From Ramazzottius varieornatus (Eukaryota; Animalia; Tardigrada): a stretch of DNA of 64,000 nt. The notes under the pieces were generated by a model. The model saw only the letters and a program-made list of their open reading frames with translations. It had not been told where the DNA came from and did not search any database. The DNA lies in NCBI GenBank assembly GCA_001949185.1, contig BDGG01000004.1:2443620-2507619 (forward strand), in the 5' to 3' direction. Positions 50,418 to 63,100 of this stretch are shown in pieces (positions within the stretch are counted from its first letter, which is position 1; each line of letters starts with the position of its first letter). The translations under genes and the position numbers were made by a program.

Positions 50418-53400
50418 TCAAGTGCGGTCGACTGCCGATTCCATAAACTTTAAAAATCCGCCGAGGAGACTGCCAGAGTAGGGGAGTTTGCGGTGTTTCG
50501 GATAGAGGTTTCGTGGAGCACAGAAAGGACCCTTCCTTCGGACAGAGTCGTAGTAGCAGAATCTAACACAAAACCGATCGTAAGATTGTGTTTTGCATTC
50601 ACCTCATACGAAAATTCTGGCTACTCACGGAAGACGCAGTACATAATACATGTTGGCTTCCAGGATCACGGGCATCTCAACGCCAGGAGAAAACGTCGGA
50701 GTACCTCGCCCCACCTTTACTTTGGGCAGTATCGCCAGCTGCATTGGATCTTTCGGCGTGATGACATGGATACGCATGAGCTGCGCAATGAACTGCTTAT
50801 TCTCGCTGGCTGTAGTATTCCTGCAGCGTAAGAAAGATAATTAACACCAATGAGCATCTGGAATCTGCTATCACCTGCTTCTGAGCTAGTCACTGTCTCA
50901 GAAAGCTGCAAAAACTCAGACTAAAGCCTCGACTGTACTTGCAAGGACATCGTAGAAACAGGGGAGCACCGTTCCGCAAGAGATCTTCCACTATGGCCTA
51001 CAAATGGAACATCAAACAGAAAGACCACAATAACTACATGAAAACTCGTAGATGAGAGAAACGAACTCGGAATTCGAACGACTGCGTTTCCCGGCTTAGT
51101 AGATATAGTGATGGAGGTTACCTGGACGTCATCTTCTTTGCCCTCAGCCGACAAGTCAGCGATCTCTTTGCTTTTGTAGATGAAACGGTGTCCTTTTGGG
51201 CATTCGTAATCCAATCCGAAGAATATCAGACTATGCCATGGTCGGGGTTCGACTGAAACATGCAAGAACGTTATATCCATGATTACGAACTTTGAACTTT
51301 CATCGACAATGCAATCCTGACGAATTCGTCGTCAGTTAACCCACTTGTCTGAACCCGGGAAGGACGGTTTGGAATATTTTGAGCAATCTTGTGTGGGCGA
51401 GTCAGCTGGATCTCCGCATCGCATGGGATGAGGTGGTGGTATAAATTCAGGAAATCCGCTTGGATATGATGCTCAAGTCCTGTAGTAATCACGAAGCGAT
51501 ACAACAATTCGCTATAAGAATCATTCGAAACAAACGGAGTGGTAATTCAGAAGTATCTGGTGGCATATAGCGTGCGAGTTTGACGTACCATAGGAGTGTC
51601 GATAGCGGTTAGCTGGACCTAAGCCATGAATGACCCAGGACGATATCCGTGGCACAGTATCAAACGACATCCCGACTTGAAACATGAGCGGAGAAGACAC
51701 CTTCAAGGCTATGAGAAGGATAGCTGATGAAATTCAAAAGCAGGAAAGAAGGAAAAGCAGCACGAACGGGAAACCTTGTTTCGGAGGTTGTTCCGGAGGA
51801 GCTTCGACGGCGACCGGCTGGCTCTTCTCTTTGTCCGTATGTGTCACCGTTGCGGACAGCTCAGGAAATGAGTCACGGCGCTTGATGGCGATGGGTTCCA
51901 CCTTCTTCTCTTCGGTACCCTTCTTATCTTTGCGATTAGCTGTGCGGGAAGAAAAGTCAATACGTGATTCAAGGAGCGAGCAGCACTTGAAGTCCATCGT
52001 CTCGTAGAAAAGCTCATTGGCTTCCTACAACAGCACTCTCAGACCAAGGCTATGATGAAACTGGTAAATCAAATTGGCCGAGGTTTATCTTACTCTGACG
52101 TTGAAGGGATCAGGTCGCTGATGGGCAGTTTTACCGCAACTGCAGAACGATATGTAGCTGACGCGTGACTGGTGATACAGTACTGGTAGACGAGCTTTTT
52201 TGGAGTTGCGTGCAACCTTGGTTTGCTGATGTGGTGTCAGATGAACCTGTGATGGGATGTGTCAGATGAATTCTCAGTGCAAGTACCTAGTATGTACTGT
52301 AATTATGTGTAGACACGAAAATTAGTCGTACCTGCTTGACACACGGAGATCCAAGTATACTATGCGCTGAGCATTGACGACGAGCATACACATGGTCAGA
52401 TATGAAAGACGTCAGCACAATTCCGTAATTCTTGGTTGCGGGACCACGAGCGAACTGCATGTAGGAATATATTCCGTATGAAATCTGGAAAGTAAAGTCA
52501 GTACTGTTGGAAACAGCGAAGTTCCGACCATAGGCTCAAGTTCGCACCTGCTGAGTTCCCGGTTCGTCGCTTCGCACTTCGAAATTATTAATCGAGAAGG
52601 CGGCGACAGACTTGGAATACTTTCGGCTGATCGACATCGTAGTACCAAGTTTGGCGTCCAACAGATACCGGAACTCTTCTCCACTGTACAAGAGACTGTG
52701 AAGTTGAATTGCAGCAGCGAACCACTCTGCCAACGGAGGTTTCTAGAGAGAAAATCGGATCGTACAATGAAACACGTCGTTAGCATTGAACGTCTCACTC
52801 ACACAAAAGTGCGATGGCCAGGGAAATCCTGCGGGTCGAAGTCCGGCGGATACGCTGTTGCTGTTCACAATATCGGCCACGCAAGCTTTGAGCATAGTTC
52901 CGAATGGGTCCTCGAGATGAGGTTCTCGCATGCCCAGAGCGAACTGTGCTGTGTCCTTGTCTCCAGTTTCCCTCACACTGTCTTTCTGCGGGAACGCAGA
53001 TGGATTGTTTTCGGGAACGAAGACAACAGTTTCTCTGTTCGCTGACAAAAAACACAACCCGGAAGACCTGCAAGAAACGATCACGACAACATCAGAGAAC
53101 GTTTTCTAATAAGAGTTCATGTGCCAGGATCAAAACTGAATACTCTATGGCAGCCACTCACCAGTGGCGATTGATTCATTCCGTAACACTTACCGTGGGA
53201 TGGAAATCAGCCGACATTTCTTGAGTATGGTATAAACTCGAACGGCTGCGTCCTTCTCGACCTCTTGCACCTGAGTAGATTACCTTCCCCATGTTTATTC
53301 TACAGCGTTGAAAATGCATCCCTTCCAGTGGCCACGCGACGTTAGTTACCATTGACCGATATTATAACCGGTCACGTATCTTGTAGTATCAGTGAATGAT

Positions 53401-54735
53401 AGCTAACGTCACGTGACCACAGGAAGGGATGCTTTTTCAGCGCTGTACAGATCCGCAGACTATTTCTTACGTTCGGACCAGACGGAACTCCACTGAACAC
53501 AAAGACCAGTCGAGGGCAGCACAGCGACCCTTCTCGTATCCATTCCTTGTTCTCGGTGACGTTAGCTAACTTGGACTGGACCGCTTTCAAACCTTTCAGC
53601 CTAGAACAAGATCTTCCATTATACTTCAAAACTGGATGCCGTGAACATACTAGTTTATGTTCTAAGCCAATTGCAGATTCACGAGCAGGCCTTTTAAGCG
53701 GTGTTTACCTGGCTAGGTCGACAATCTTTAGCAGACGAAGATCATAGTTGGCAAATATTCTGTCGGACTGAAACCACTGTACAGAAAAACAGTTGATCTA
53801 ACTTTGATAAATAACGATGGCATTGAATCGATCGCGCAATGTGAGGAGTGCAGTACCTGGCAGTACTTACGATGATGGAATGCGCCAGAGAGAAAATTAA
53901 TATTAGGGACCTCGAATATTCCGAGTCATTTTCCGACAAGTCCAGCTCAATCTCCTACAAATTCGAAAAATGGTATACACGACAGCTAAATCTGTCATGC
54001 CGAGCCGTAGAAAGTGCAGGAAATGCGGAGAAAGCACTTCACAGTGGTGCATGTGGGAAAAGAAATAAACAACTTGTGAACCTCGCCACGAACCCACGAG
54101 TATAATTAATATGTGCTTACATCCGGTGGTGCTGTATCTGGCTTGGTCAGAGTGTTCGCAGCATCCTCTCTTTCTGCAGTTCCAGCAACTCGAATATAGA
54201 AAACATCTGCTCCTGCTTTGTTATACACCGAGACAACGCTCTGCAAAGAATGAACAACGGAACGCATTTAGTAATCTGGGAAGCAGCAGGAACGTTAGTA
54301 CAAGCCCGATAAATTTGCTTACTTTAGGAACCGAGTGGAGCTTGGCGGATTTCCTTGCGATCACCGCACACTGAATAAGTTTGAGTTAGTATACGTGATC
54401 ATGAATACTAGACTTGCAAGGACAACTTCGATGCGTTACCGGTAAGCGATTCTGCAGGATCGCTTGTATTTCCGGATGGTCTCGCAGGATAACCCTGTTA
54501 CTGAGTGATCCAATTAGAGCCACAAACGCAGGAGTAGAAGCCGGACGTCGTGCAACATGGGTCATTAAGACTTTCAAGCTGCAGCAGAAAAAGAGTTAGG
54601 ACTAGCGAAGGTACGACTGTACGAGAACCTTACGATTCATGACGAGCAGTCACAGACAGTCGCTTTGTACCTGTCCGCATCCTGCAAGCCGATATCGGTC
54701 CGGGTCCATCGAGGCAGAGAATCCAGATCATCCAT
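50418..54735 (-). CDS. SMG8: Nonsense-mediated decay factor SMG8, multi-exon; start approximate
   Basis: LIFSLAHSIIV; WIREGSLCCPRLVFVF; CSAYSILGSPC..HQSRVSYISFCSCGK..RPDPFNVR.ANELFY..KCC; SSWVIHGLGPANRYRHSYGL; FFGLDYECPKGHRF; AQLMRIHVITP; YVLRLPFCY. Confidence 0.88.
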
Positions 54736-55211
54736 CGCTAGCCTTTCGAGTCTTAATATCCCAGTGCAGCTTCGATGAAGACAGGGTGAATTGGAACCAC
54801 GGTACGTCTAGAAAGATCAGAAATAGCACTTCCAGATTAATTGCGTACCGAGTTCCGACTCTCCAGCTGGCAGCTGAAACGACAACGAACAAAACGAATG
54901 AGGGGCCTGAGGGCAAGTTTGCATCGGCGTGGTAATTTGTGCTGAAGTGGAATTCGATATATATAAGGGGAAAAAGGTTACGTCACTTCTTTATCGCAAA
55001 CTCTTCTACGATCATCGGGCAGTCTTCCTCGTTTTTTTTTTTACAGTTTCATGCTTGGTTTCATAGCTTTGGAGTTTGGAGTTTGGAGTTCGAACCTTCG
55101 ATCGTTCTGGGTTCGCTGCCGATTTGAGGGACAGTGGACACTGCACAACTCAGCCCTAGTGGTCGACCCTGTTGCAAGTCACGCATAGAACGAGTTTTGC
55201 GACGAAGAAAG
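54736..55211. promoter_or_regulatory. Probable bidirectional promoter SMG8/SCLY
   Basis: Divergent ATGs are about 476 bp apart. Contains a TATATATATAA element near 54957, a CRE-like TTACGTCA near 54978 and (TTTGGAG)x3 at 55068-55088. Confidence 0.55.
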
Positions 55212-57448
55212 ATGGACGCAGACCGCCGCATAACAATTTCTGTTCAGCAAACGGAAGACGAAGGAGACGTAGGAGCTGGTGATCGGAATCGACGAGGATG
55301 GAAAGCGTAAGCCAGTTTTTGGTTTTGTTTGTGGAAAGAGTAAATGTGCAGTGTTACGGTACAAGATGCTAGTGCAGCATGGACGAACATCGACTTTTCA
55401 TTGCAGTGTCTATATGGACCATAACGCAACCACTCCGATGCACCCGGAAGTCATCCGTGTCATGACGGAAGCTATGAGCAGATACTGGCGGAACCCAAGT
55501 AGCGATTACGGTAAGTGTGGAGCCATGCTGATCCGAATAACAGAACATAAATAGGCCAAAGTCATCCGTTCTTTGCAGCTCCCGAGGTCCGCGAAGCCAT
55601 ATCATCAGCAAGGAAACAGGTGGCCGACATGGTTTCCTGCTCCCCCGAAGGTACTTGCAAGTTTGCTCAAATGCTCCCCTATTTCAGGAGTTTAGTTCCT
55701 CTTCCAGAAATCATATTTGTGAGCAGTGGTACGGAAGCCAATAATTGGATACTAGAGAGCGTCTTGGCGGCTACGACAGCGAACTCGCCATCGGACAAGA
55801 GCCATGTAATAACTTCGGATATTGAGCATGTGGCGGTGGGACTGAAACTTGAAGAGCTCGAGCGTCGCGGGTGTTGTGGTATGTAAGAAGATATCTTCTG
55901 ATGCATTTCAATGTGGTTTAGTGATCCACCTTGCGGTAGTTCTGTCCTTGTTAGAGGTTGACAGGGTATCCGCCGCGGACCACGGGAGGGTTCGCGCTTC
56001 TGATGTTATCAAACGCGTGCGGCCAGGAACAAGACTGATTTCTATCATGTTGGCCAATAATGAGGTACTTGGAATAATTCACCCGCCATGTCCGTCGCAC
56101 ATCTGTTTCTCATTCATTGTTTTCTGTTACAGACAGGTTGTATTCAGGTAGGAACTGGGAACGAATATTCCTATTTGGTGTGCGAGTGGACGAAATTTTT
56201 GACCGTATATTTTATAGTAGCCGGTTGATGAAATCGCACGCCAACTCCGTCCGATAAATTCAAAAAGGAAGGAGTGCAATTTGCCGGTCGTTCTTGTCCA
56301 TACGGTATGCTTCGGAAACGACACGAGCGATTATTCGAGTCAAACTGTCAAATGAACAGTTTACTTTTTGCAGGATTCTGCTCAAGCAGTAGGAAAAATG
56401 CCTGTCAGCACCGAAGAACTCGGTGTGGACTTTCTCACTATTGTGGGCCATAAGGTGTGTACCGCGGGTTCGCCGCACTTTTACCATATTGGTGTCATTT
56501 GGTCGTAATAGGAAATTACCTATCGATTTTTTTCACCCATAGTTCTATGGGCCACGCTCCGCAGCCGTGTTTTGTAACCGAGAAAATCTGAAACTTTTGA
56601 AAGAAAGACGGATGTTTCAAGGTGGAGGACAAGAACGATCGCTGAGACCAGGGTAACTACCGTCAACTTCCGACATTTACAATGTATGAAATTTCTTTCG
56701 TATCTCATTGTAGAACGGAAAACACTGTCGATATAATTGGGCTGGGCATGGTATGACAAAAATTATCAACAACCCTAACCGCATAGAATCACAAAAGTTA
56801 TCCTGACTGCCGTCTGCTCCGCTAGGCTGCTGAAACGGTTCGCTGTTTTTTGAGAAGTTGGTGCGAGAACATACGGGTGACGGGCGCGTATTTTGTCACG
56901 AGGCTAAATGTAAGCTCGAGCTGGGACTTTGTTGATAGACCCAATAATTAAGACACACCGACGAAACTGATTTGTTTCCAGGAAACTTTTGGCGAATCTG
57001 CAGTGCTGAGCTTCGTTGGGATGCAGAACGATATCCTACCGAACACGTTCAGCATTTCTTTCCGAGATCACCGGTTGAAAGGTCCCACTGTGCTGAAGAA
57101 CTGCAATGTGATACAAGCTTCCACAGGCGCTGCCTGTCATACCGGCCTGCAAGTCTTCTCCCCTCTGATTTACTTTAACTAAAATCTCTAGAGAAATATA
57201 GCTATTTATTGTTTTTCGCAGATGCTCTGCATCGTCAGCATTGATGAACAGCGGTTTAACAGAAGAAGCTGCACTGAACACTATAAGACTTTCCGTCGGA
57301 AAAGACACCACAACCGTAAGTCCCGTGTCTTCCAGACAAGTCCAACCATTACAAAAAATGCTATTTGCCGTCGCAGAAGGACATCGATGTGGCTATTGCG
57401 GATTTGACACAAGCAGTACAAAAGATAACTTCAGAAACTGTACAGTGA
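55212..57448 (+). CDS. SCLY: Selenocysteine lyase (PLP-dependent, NifS group I-like), multi-exon
   Basis: [21 protein letters not shown]; [12 protein letters not shown]; HVITSDIEH; [14 protein letters not shown]; [11 protein letters not shown]; [13 protein letters not shown]; [15 protein letters not shown]; LPNT; ASTGAACH (catalytic Cys); IRLSVGK. The GHKFYGPR/RPGTENT/GAACH signatures favour SCLY over NFS1, and no mitochondrial presequence is evident. Confidence 0.88.
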
Positions 57449-57483
57449 TCACTTCTTCCCAGTTTTTTTCTTAGTTCAGCGGT

Positions 57484-59550
57484 TCATTGACAAACTTCCG
57501 GGTTCCTCGTGAGTGTCCCACCCGGGTTCTTCCGAACTCAAGGGTTTCCGGCTGCGGTTGTTGACCGTTTGAGACGTTTCTATGTCGTAGACTGCAAAGA
57601 AAAATGTTCTCAATTATCAGTCACTGCTATTCAGAACACTTTTTTCATTCCCTGACTGCGAACGTTCTGCTGCGGACTGCGTAAGATGCAATAATGAGCC
57701 TTACTTTTCTTATTCAAGTTCTCGCCGAATGTTGAATATGTGTAAATGAAAGACGGGAGCAGCAACAATCGGATGAGTAAGCCCACAGTTCCTCCGAGAA
57801 AGACGCAGTAATGCAAGACGAGGCTGTTGTAATCTGTGTTGTCAATCGAGACCACGCTTTTGGCAGAATCGATGATTTTGTACAAAATGTATGCAGGTTC
57901 CAGCACGGAAGTTCCTATCACAATCCAGGAAAGGAGCCGTTTCTCGAGCCGCATCTACGAGTAATATTGCCTTTCACCCCAAGTGAGAGCATTTCGGGAT
58001 ACACATACTTACACAAATGATCGCACAGACCATCCAAAGAACCGAAAATATTGATCCTGTAAGAAACACTACTACAGTGCGTTCTCCTGCGGTACATCCG
58101 ACGCTTCTATGCAAAGTTTGACAAAAATTCCTACCTCCAAACAAAATTCCCATTTCTAACGCGCCGACTCCGAGCTCAAACCCGTTCCGCAGAATAAGAA
58201 TAACCATCGTGACCTAGAAAGCAAGGAACCCGGTACAGAACTTCGAATGTCATCAAGAGAATCGTGTCGAGGGGTCCTACCTGGAACTCTAGATCTAAGG
58301 TAAGCAAAGACTGTGCGGCAAAGTGTACTTTTACTTTCCGTTGCAGAATCTGAAAAAGACACGTAGATCTTCCTAGGAGTGGTGTACCGTGAATCTCATC
58401 GCCCCTCATACTTCGTCGTAGGACTTTGCAACGTTTGAAGCGAATCGACCGGCTTTCAGGAACCGCAAAGCGATGTGACACGCCAATAGGACGTCGGTAA
58501 CTCCTAATGTTAGCAGGATAATGAGGCGGGCCTGAAAAAGGAGAAACACTACTTGTAGCGGTTTAGCTAACCAATGTGCGTCCCGTAAGACAGATATCTA
58601 CGTGATACAAGCCCGTACCAGTTTGATTCTAAATGAGAAACCTGAGAGTCCTTCCTCCACGCCCACTATGAAATCCAGTGTACAGTAACAGGAAACGATG
58701 GCGATGCCGACAACGAACGCAAAGAGCTCATATGGTCTTTCCCTATACGTTTACCAGATCACTAAAATACTCAGCCAGCTAGAGTTCAATATACTGGCGA
58801 AAAAGCGTAACCGGAATCATACGTTAAAGTTCCATGTATGATGTGGAACAGCAGGAACCCGCAATTTACCAGGACTAGCAACGCGAACGTGAATTCCGCA
58901 CCTATGAACAAGAAAGTTATGGTCAAATTCAATCTATTAGATTCTGTCGCAAACGAAACAGCCTCAATTTTCTTACCGCATCTCTTTTCTTCAATTACAG
59001 GATTACTGGTGTGATTGGATACACTCCAGTGGGGACAGTGGTCAGGTGAGAGGTACACAAGACGCTATAGATGAAACGCAACGTCAAAGCAAAGACCATG
59101 TGTCCTTCCTCTCTCAATCTCTTACTTCTGTCGTGAGTCCAGTACAAGCCACAAGGCTTACGCCTCCAAAAACCAGAAAGAAAATTTCCCAGCGGTCAAG
59201 ATCAGCGAAGGTCCGTGTCTGCAAGTGAAACCAACAGGAATATTATCAATGACACTCTTTGACAAATCCATCGCGTAAGCGGTGCCATTTCATGGTATGC
59301 CTATCGTTCCGTCTATCCAGGATTCTGCATCCTCCACTTACCGCTCCAAAGATGCTGTGAGTAATAGTTTCCTTCGGTTTGAGATCCATACTTCCGAGAA
59401 TCGTTACAGCGCCGTACTTCATAGGATTAGTTGAATATGCTGGTTGATTTGTCGGACTCAAAGCACCGTCTTGATCCGTAGATGTTCCGCCGAAAAGCTT
59501 GTCAAATCGTCCACACAGATAGCTGTCAAAGTCGTCCACTACCCAGTTAT
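57484..59550 (-). CDS. Uncharacterised multipass membrane protein (about 7-8 TM); start uncertain
   Basis: Consecutive in-frame GT-AG exons encode hydrophobic segments: WEIFFLVFGGVSLVACTG; FTFALLVLVNCGFLLFHIIHG..ERPYELFAFVVGIAIV; ARLIILL; SLLTLDLEFQVTMVILIL; MRLEK..EPAYILYK; LLIRLLLL..FGENL. Stop TGA is at 57484-57486. Confidence 0.7.
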
Positions 59551-60183
59551 CTAAGAGGAATCTGGAGATCCAGGGAAGTTATGACGATCGAACATCTACA
59601 TCCTGCAACAGGTGGTTGATAGTCGATCCAGCAGATTATAATTATCCGTGGCTTCGATTCCGGACCAAGCTTATCTCCCACTTACTGCTCCGCTTGTATC
59701 GTCACTCCATGCTGATAACGAGCACTCAAACATCATCAGCAGGGGTTCGAACTGTAGCCACTAATCCATGAGCAACAATGCAGAGTACAAGTGAAATTTC
59801 TTGTGTTCCTATCTTGAGAACCGATCATTCACGCATGACATCAGAACGTCCACCTGCATCGAATTCGGTCATACGCCCATGACAAGCGGAACTCTGAGAT
59901 ACCTGACGGTAAAAGTTCACGGTAAACGGAGCTGTTTTATCCATACGCAGTACTCCGAAACGGGTGTCATGGGACGTTGCTATAAAGGGGCCAAGATTCT
60001 AGAACATTCTCGAAGGAAGAAGCTGGACAGTTTCGATATGAGAATTACCGAAAGACAACTCTGTGGACAGGTTAGACTGCTGAAACATTATCGAACAAAA
60101 AAAGAGATTCGTTGCAACAAAGGGACTTGCCAACTCCGAAAAGTGCACATAGAAAATTATTAAAAGCAGTGAACATCAAACCA

Positions 60184-63100
60184 TCAATCTTGCATTGACA
60201 ACAACTCATCACGTGTAATGTTTTCGCGGCTTGTACTGAAAAACAACTTGCTCATCACCTTCCCGCGAAACAGTTCCTGAAACGAGATCATACTCACGTA
60301 CGAATTCATCAGGCCACAAACGTGAAGGAAACTTACCAGTTCGTCGTCTTCCGCGCCGGAAAACAATCCCTTCGCTGGCGAGTAGGGAGCTGAACGCAGG
60401 GACCCTGTGCTGCTAGCAGACTGGGGCCGACTGTGCGTGTCCGGGGGAAAGAGGTTCGTCGTCAACGTTGCCGACACCTGTTGTTCCTGTAAAAAAAACC
60501 CATAGTCCATTAGTCTTAGAAAACCGTACAATCCCAGCAAGGAAGAAGGGCCCGCTTTGGCTTTACAGTAGTAGGACTTTAGTGAATTGGAGTTCTTCGC
60601 CCACCTCTAGGTACTGCTCCAAGCTCGCTCGAAGAGAAGTAATGAGGCTTCTGGTCCCTGAGGCGTCATTACTCAAGTCGGGCACGTCTTCCCGCCGAAT
60701 GGTGAAGGTCCGAGCTCCGCCCAGCAGATGATGTCGGAAGAAATCCGATAGCTTGGCCATCTCTCGACGGATGTCTAGAAGAACAACCAGTTGGACTTAG
60801 CGTGAAGATCAACAGTCTGATGGTGGAGTCACCTCGGTTCGTGTCCTTGTTCCGCAAAATTTCGATCTCTAGTTCGTCGTGCGCGTCGGACAATGCGCGA
60901 TACTTCATCAAAGTGTCGGCGTACAAAATGTTCAATGCGTTGAACTGAGTTTCCAAAGACTCCTTTCCGTGCATCTTGTTCTGCAGTCGCTCTTCCAGAT
61001 CTTCAAAGGTTCGCTGGAAAGCGTTCAGCTTGGACTCTGCATTTCTCAACTGCTGTCGGAGTCTCTTGTCTTCGGCGGTTAAGGTTGCCACCAGCTTAGT
61101 CTTTTCGGTGAGCGACGCACGTAGTTCTGGCAGATTCAATGCGTTCTGTTCCAGTTCAAGCTTTTCTTGCGTCAGAGACTTTATCTGGTCTTGTAGAGCC
61201 TGATTATCAGATTTGATCTTCCGTAGCTCCTCGCTTGCATCTGTAACAGGAGGAATTTTCGTCAGCACGGACAGCACGGTTAGTTCAGAGCAGTCGAGAA
61301 AGCAGAATAGGTAGAGTGACACCACTCACCGCTTTTCTCTTTGGTAAGCAAGTTGATCTGACTGTCTCTTTCCTCCAGTAATTTTTCTAACAAGCCTTTC
61401 GCTTCATCGGCTTCGGCCAGAAATCGTGAATGCGCACTCTCCAACTCTCTTCTCGATAGCTCTGCGGCCGATTTTTCGGTCTCTGCTCTCGAAAGCCTTC
61501 CTTCCAGATCTCCCACGCTTGCAGCCAGGTTGGCGTACGTATTCTCCAACAACCTGTGCTTGTCCTCGAGCTCCTGACGAAGAACCTGCCGGCCTTCCAG
61601 ATCGTTCATCATGACCTGCAGCTTTTCTTCCGAGAGAAGTAGCTGATCCAGCTTTGCACCAAGGTTCGCCTCCTGTGCGTGGAGTGCGGTTTCCCGTTCA
61701 TTCAACTGCTGACTTCTTGCCGACAGATCCGCTTCTCGGTGCGATAGACTCGCTTGCATCGACGCGATCTCCGCTGCTCGTCCATCGAGGTCTTGCAGCT
61801 TCATCTCTCGCTCTTGAGTCCTGTTCACCTTCTCTTCGATCTCCCGTTGTAGACTGTGCAGGGTCTTCTCCTTTAACTTCAATTGTTCACTTGACCCAGC
61901 ACGACTTTCAGCGTTCCGAAGTGCAACAGTCAACCTTTCCACCTCTGTATTTCTCGAAACCAGCTGATCAAGCAACTCTTTGCTCTGCTGATCTGATTCC
62001 AGGACATGTCTTTTAGAACTTTCGAGGTCACTCGAAACTTTCCGCAGTTGTTCCCTAGTCTCATCTAACTCTTTCGACAGAGCTAAGTTTCGGGCAGACA
62101 ACTGGCTCGAGTTGTTCGACTCGTCCACGTGGAATCTGGTCAAACGTTCCACTTCCGCCTGAGTCTTCTCCAGTACTTGTTTCAGTTCCACCGTTCGGAC
62201 TTCCTGGTCCCTTAGTTCTTTGATACCTTGCTGATAGGCGATGCTCAGAGTTTCCTTGTTGAACATCAGCTCGTTGCACTTTTCGTTCAAGAGCGAGCTC
62301 TGGTGCCGAGAATCCTGGAGTTCCTTGATGACGTCCTCGTATCGTTCATGCTGAGCCAAACTTTGCTTCTCCAGACTCATCACTTTCTGCCGCAAAGCTT
62401 CACCTGCGAAAAAATGATCGATAAGATCCTCTTCGTCATTCCGCGAATGCCATCCAATATTGTCTTGTGAGATCCGCATATCGATTCAGTCCATCAAATA
62501 TTTATTCGGCCCGACAAAAGGTGAATAATTTATTGGTAGTTGGTACCTTCAGCCTTGCGAGTGTTCAACTCCAGGAATGCCTGCTGTACCTTACGCAGAT
62601 TGTCACTAACCGTGACCATGTCATGGTGGATCACCAGTTCCCTGTAACCACCAATCTTAACGAACCGTAACAAAATTAAATCAGTTCGGCCGTTGCGGAA
62701 CCTGACACCAGCTGACTTACTCGAAGTCGTCCATTGGTGTTACTGAATTTTCACTGGAGCTTTGCAGCGAAGTTCCTTCTCGGCGAGGGAACGTCAACTA
62801 AGATCATACCACTATTATTCGCAAGGAACGAAAACGTTCGCGGTAACCGTCGGATTATAAATACAAAAACATTATATCCCAACTGTATAGAAAAACCTGA
62901 TTACTTACGTCAAGATGGCTGCCGTTGACGAAGCCAGAGTCGTGCTCGAATACTTGAGATGGCGGAGGCTCCGGAAAAAGCAGAGATTTCGACGAGGCGC
63001 TCCTACTAACTTTATCACGGAGCAGATTTTCAAAGCCATACTCGTCGTCATTAGCGCGGCGCTGCAGTGAGCTGTTGTCTGAGCCACCAGGTGACGGAAG

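Noticed and set aside
55212-57448. Annotation as mitochondrial NFS1 or a horizontally acquired bacterial nifS
   Set aside because: It has SCLY-type motifs (GHKFYGPR, RPGTENT, GAACH), many spliceosomal introns and no targeting presequence.
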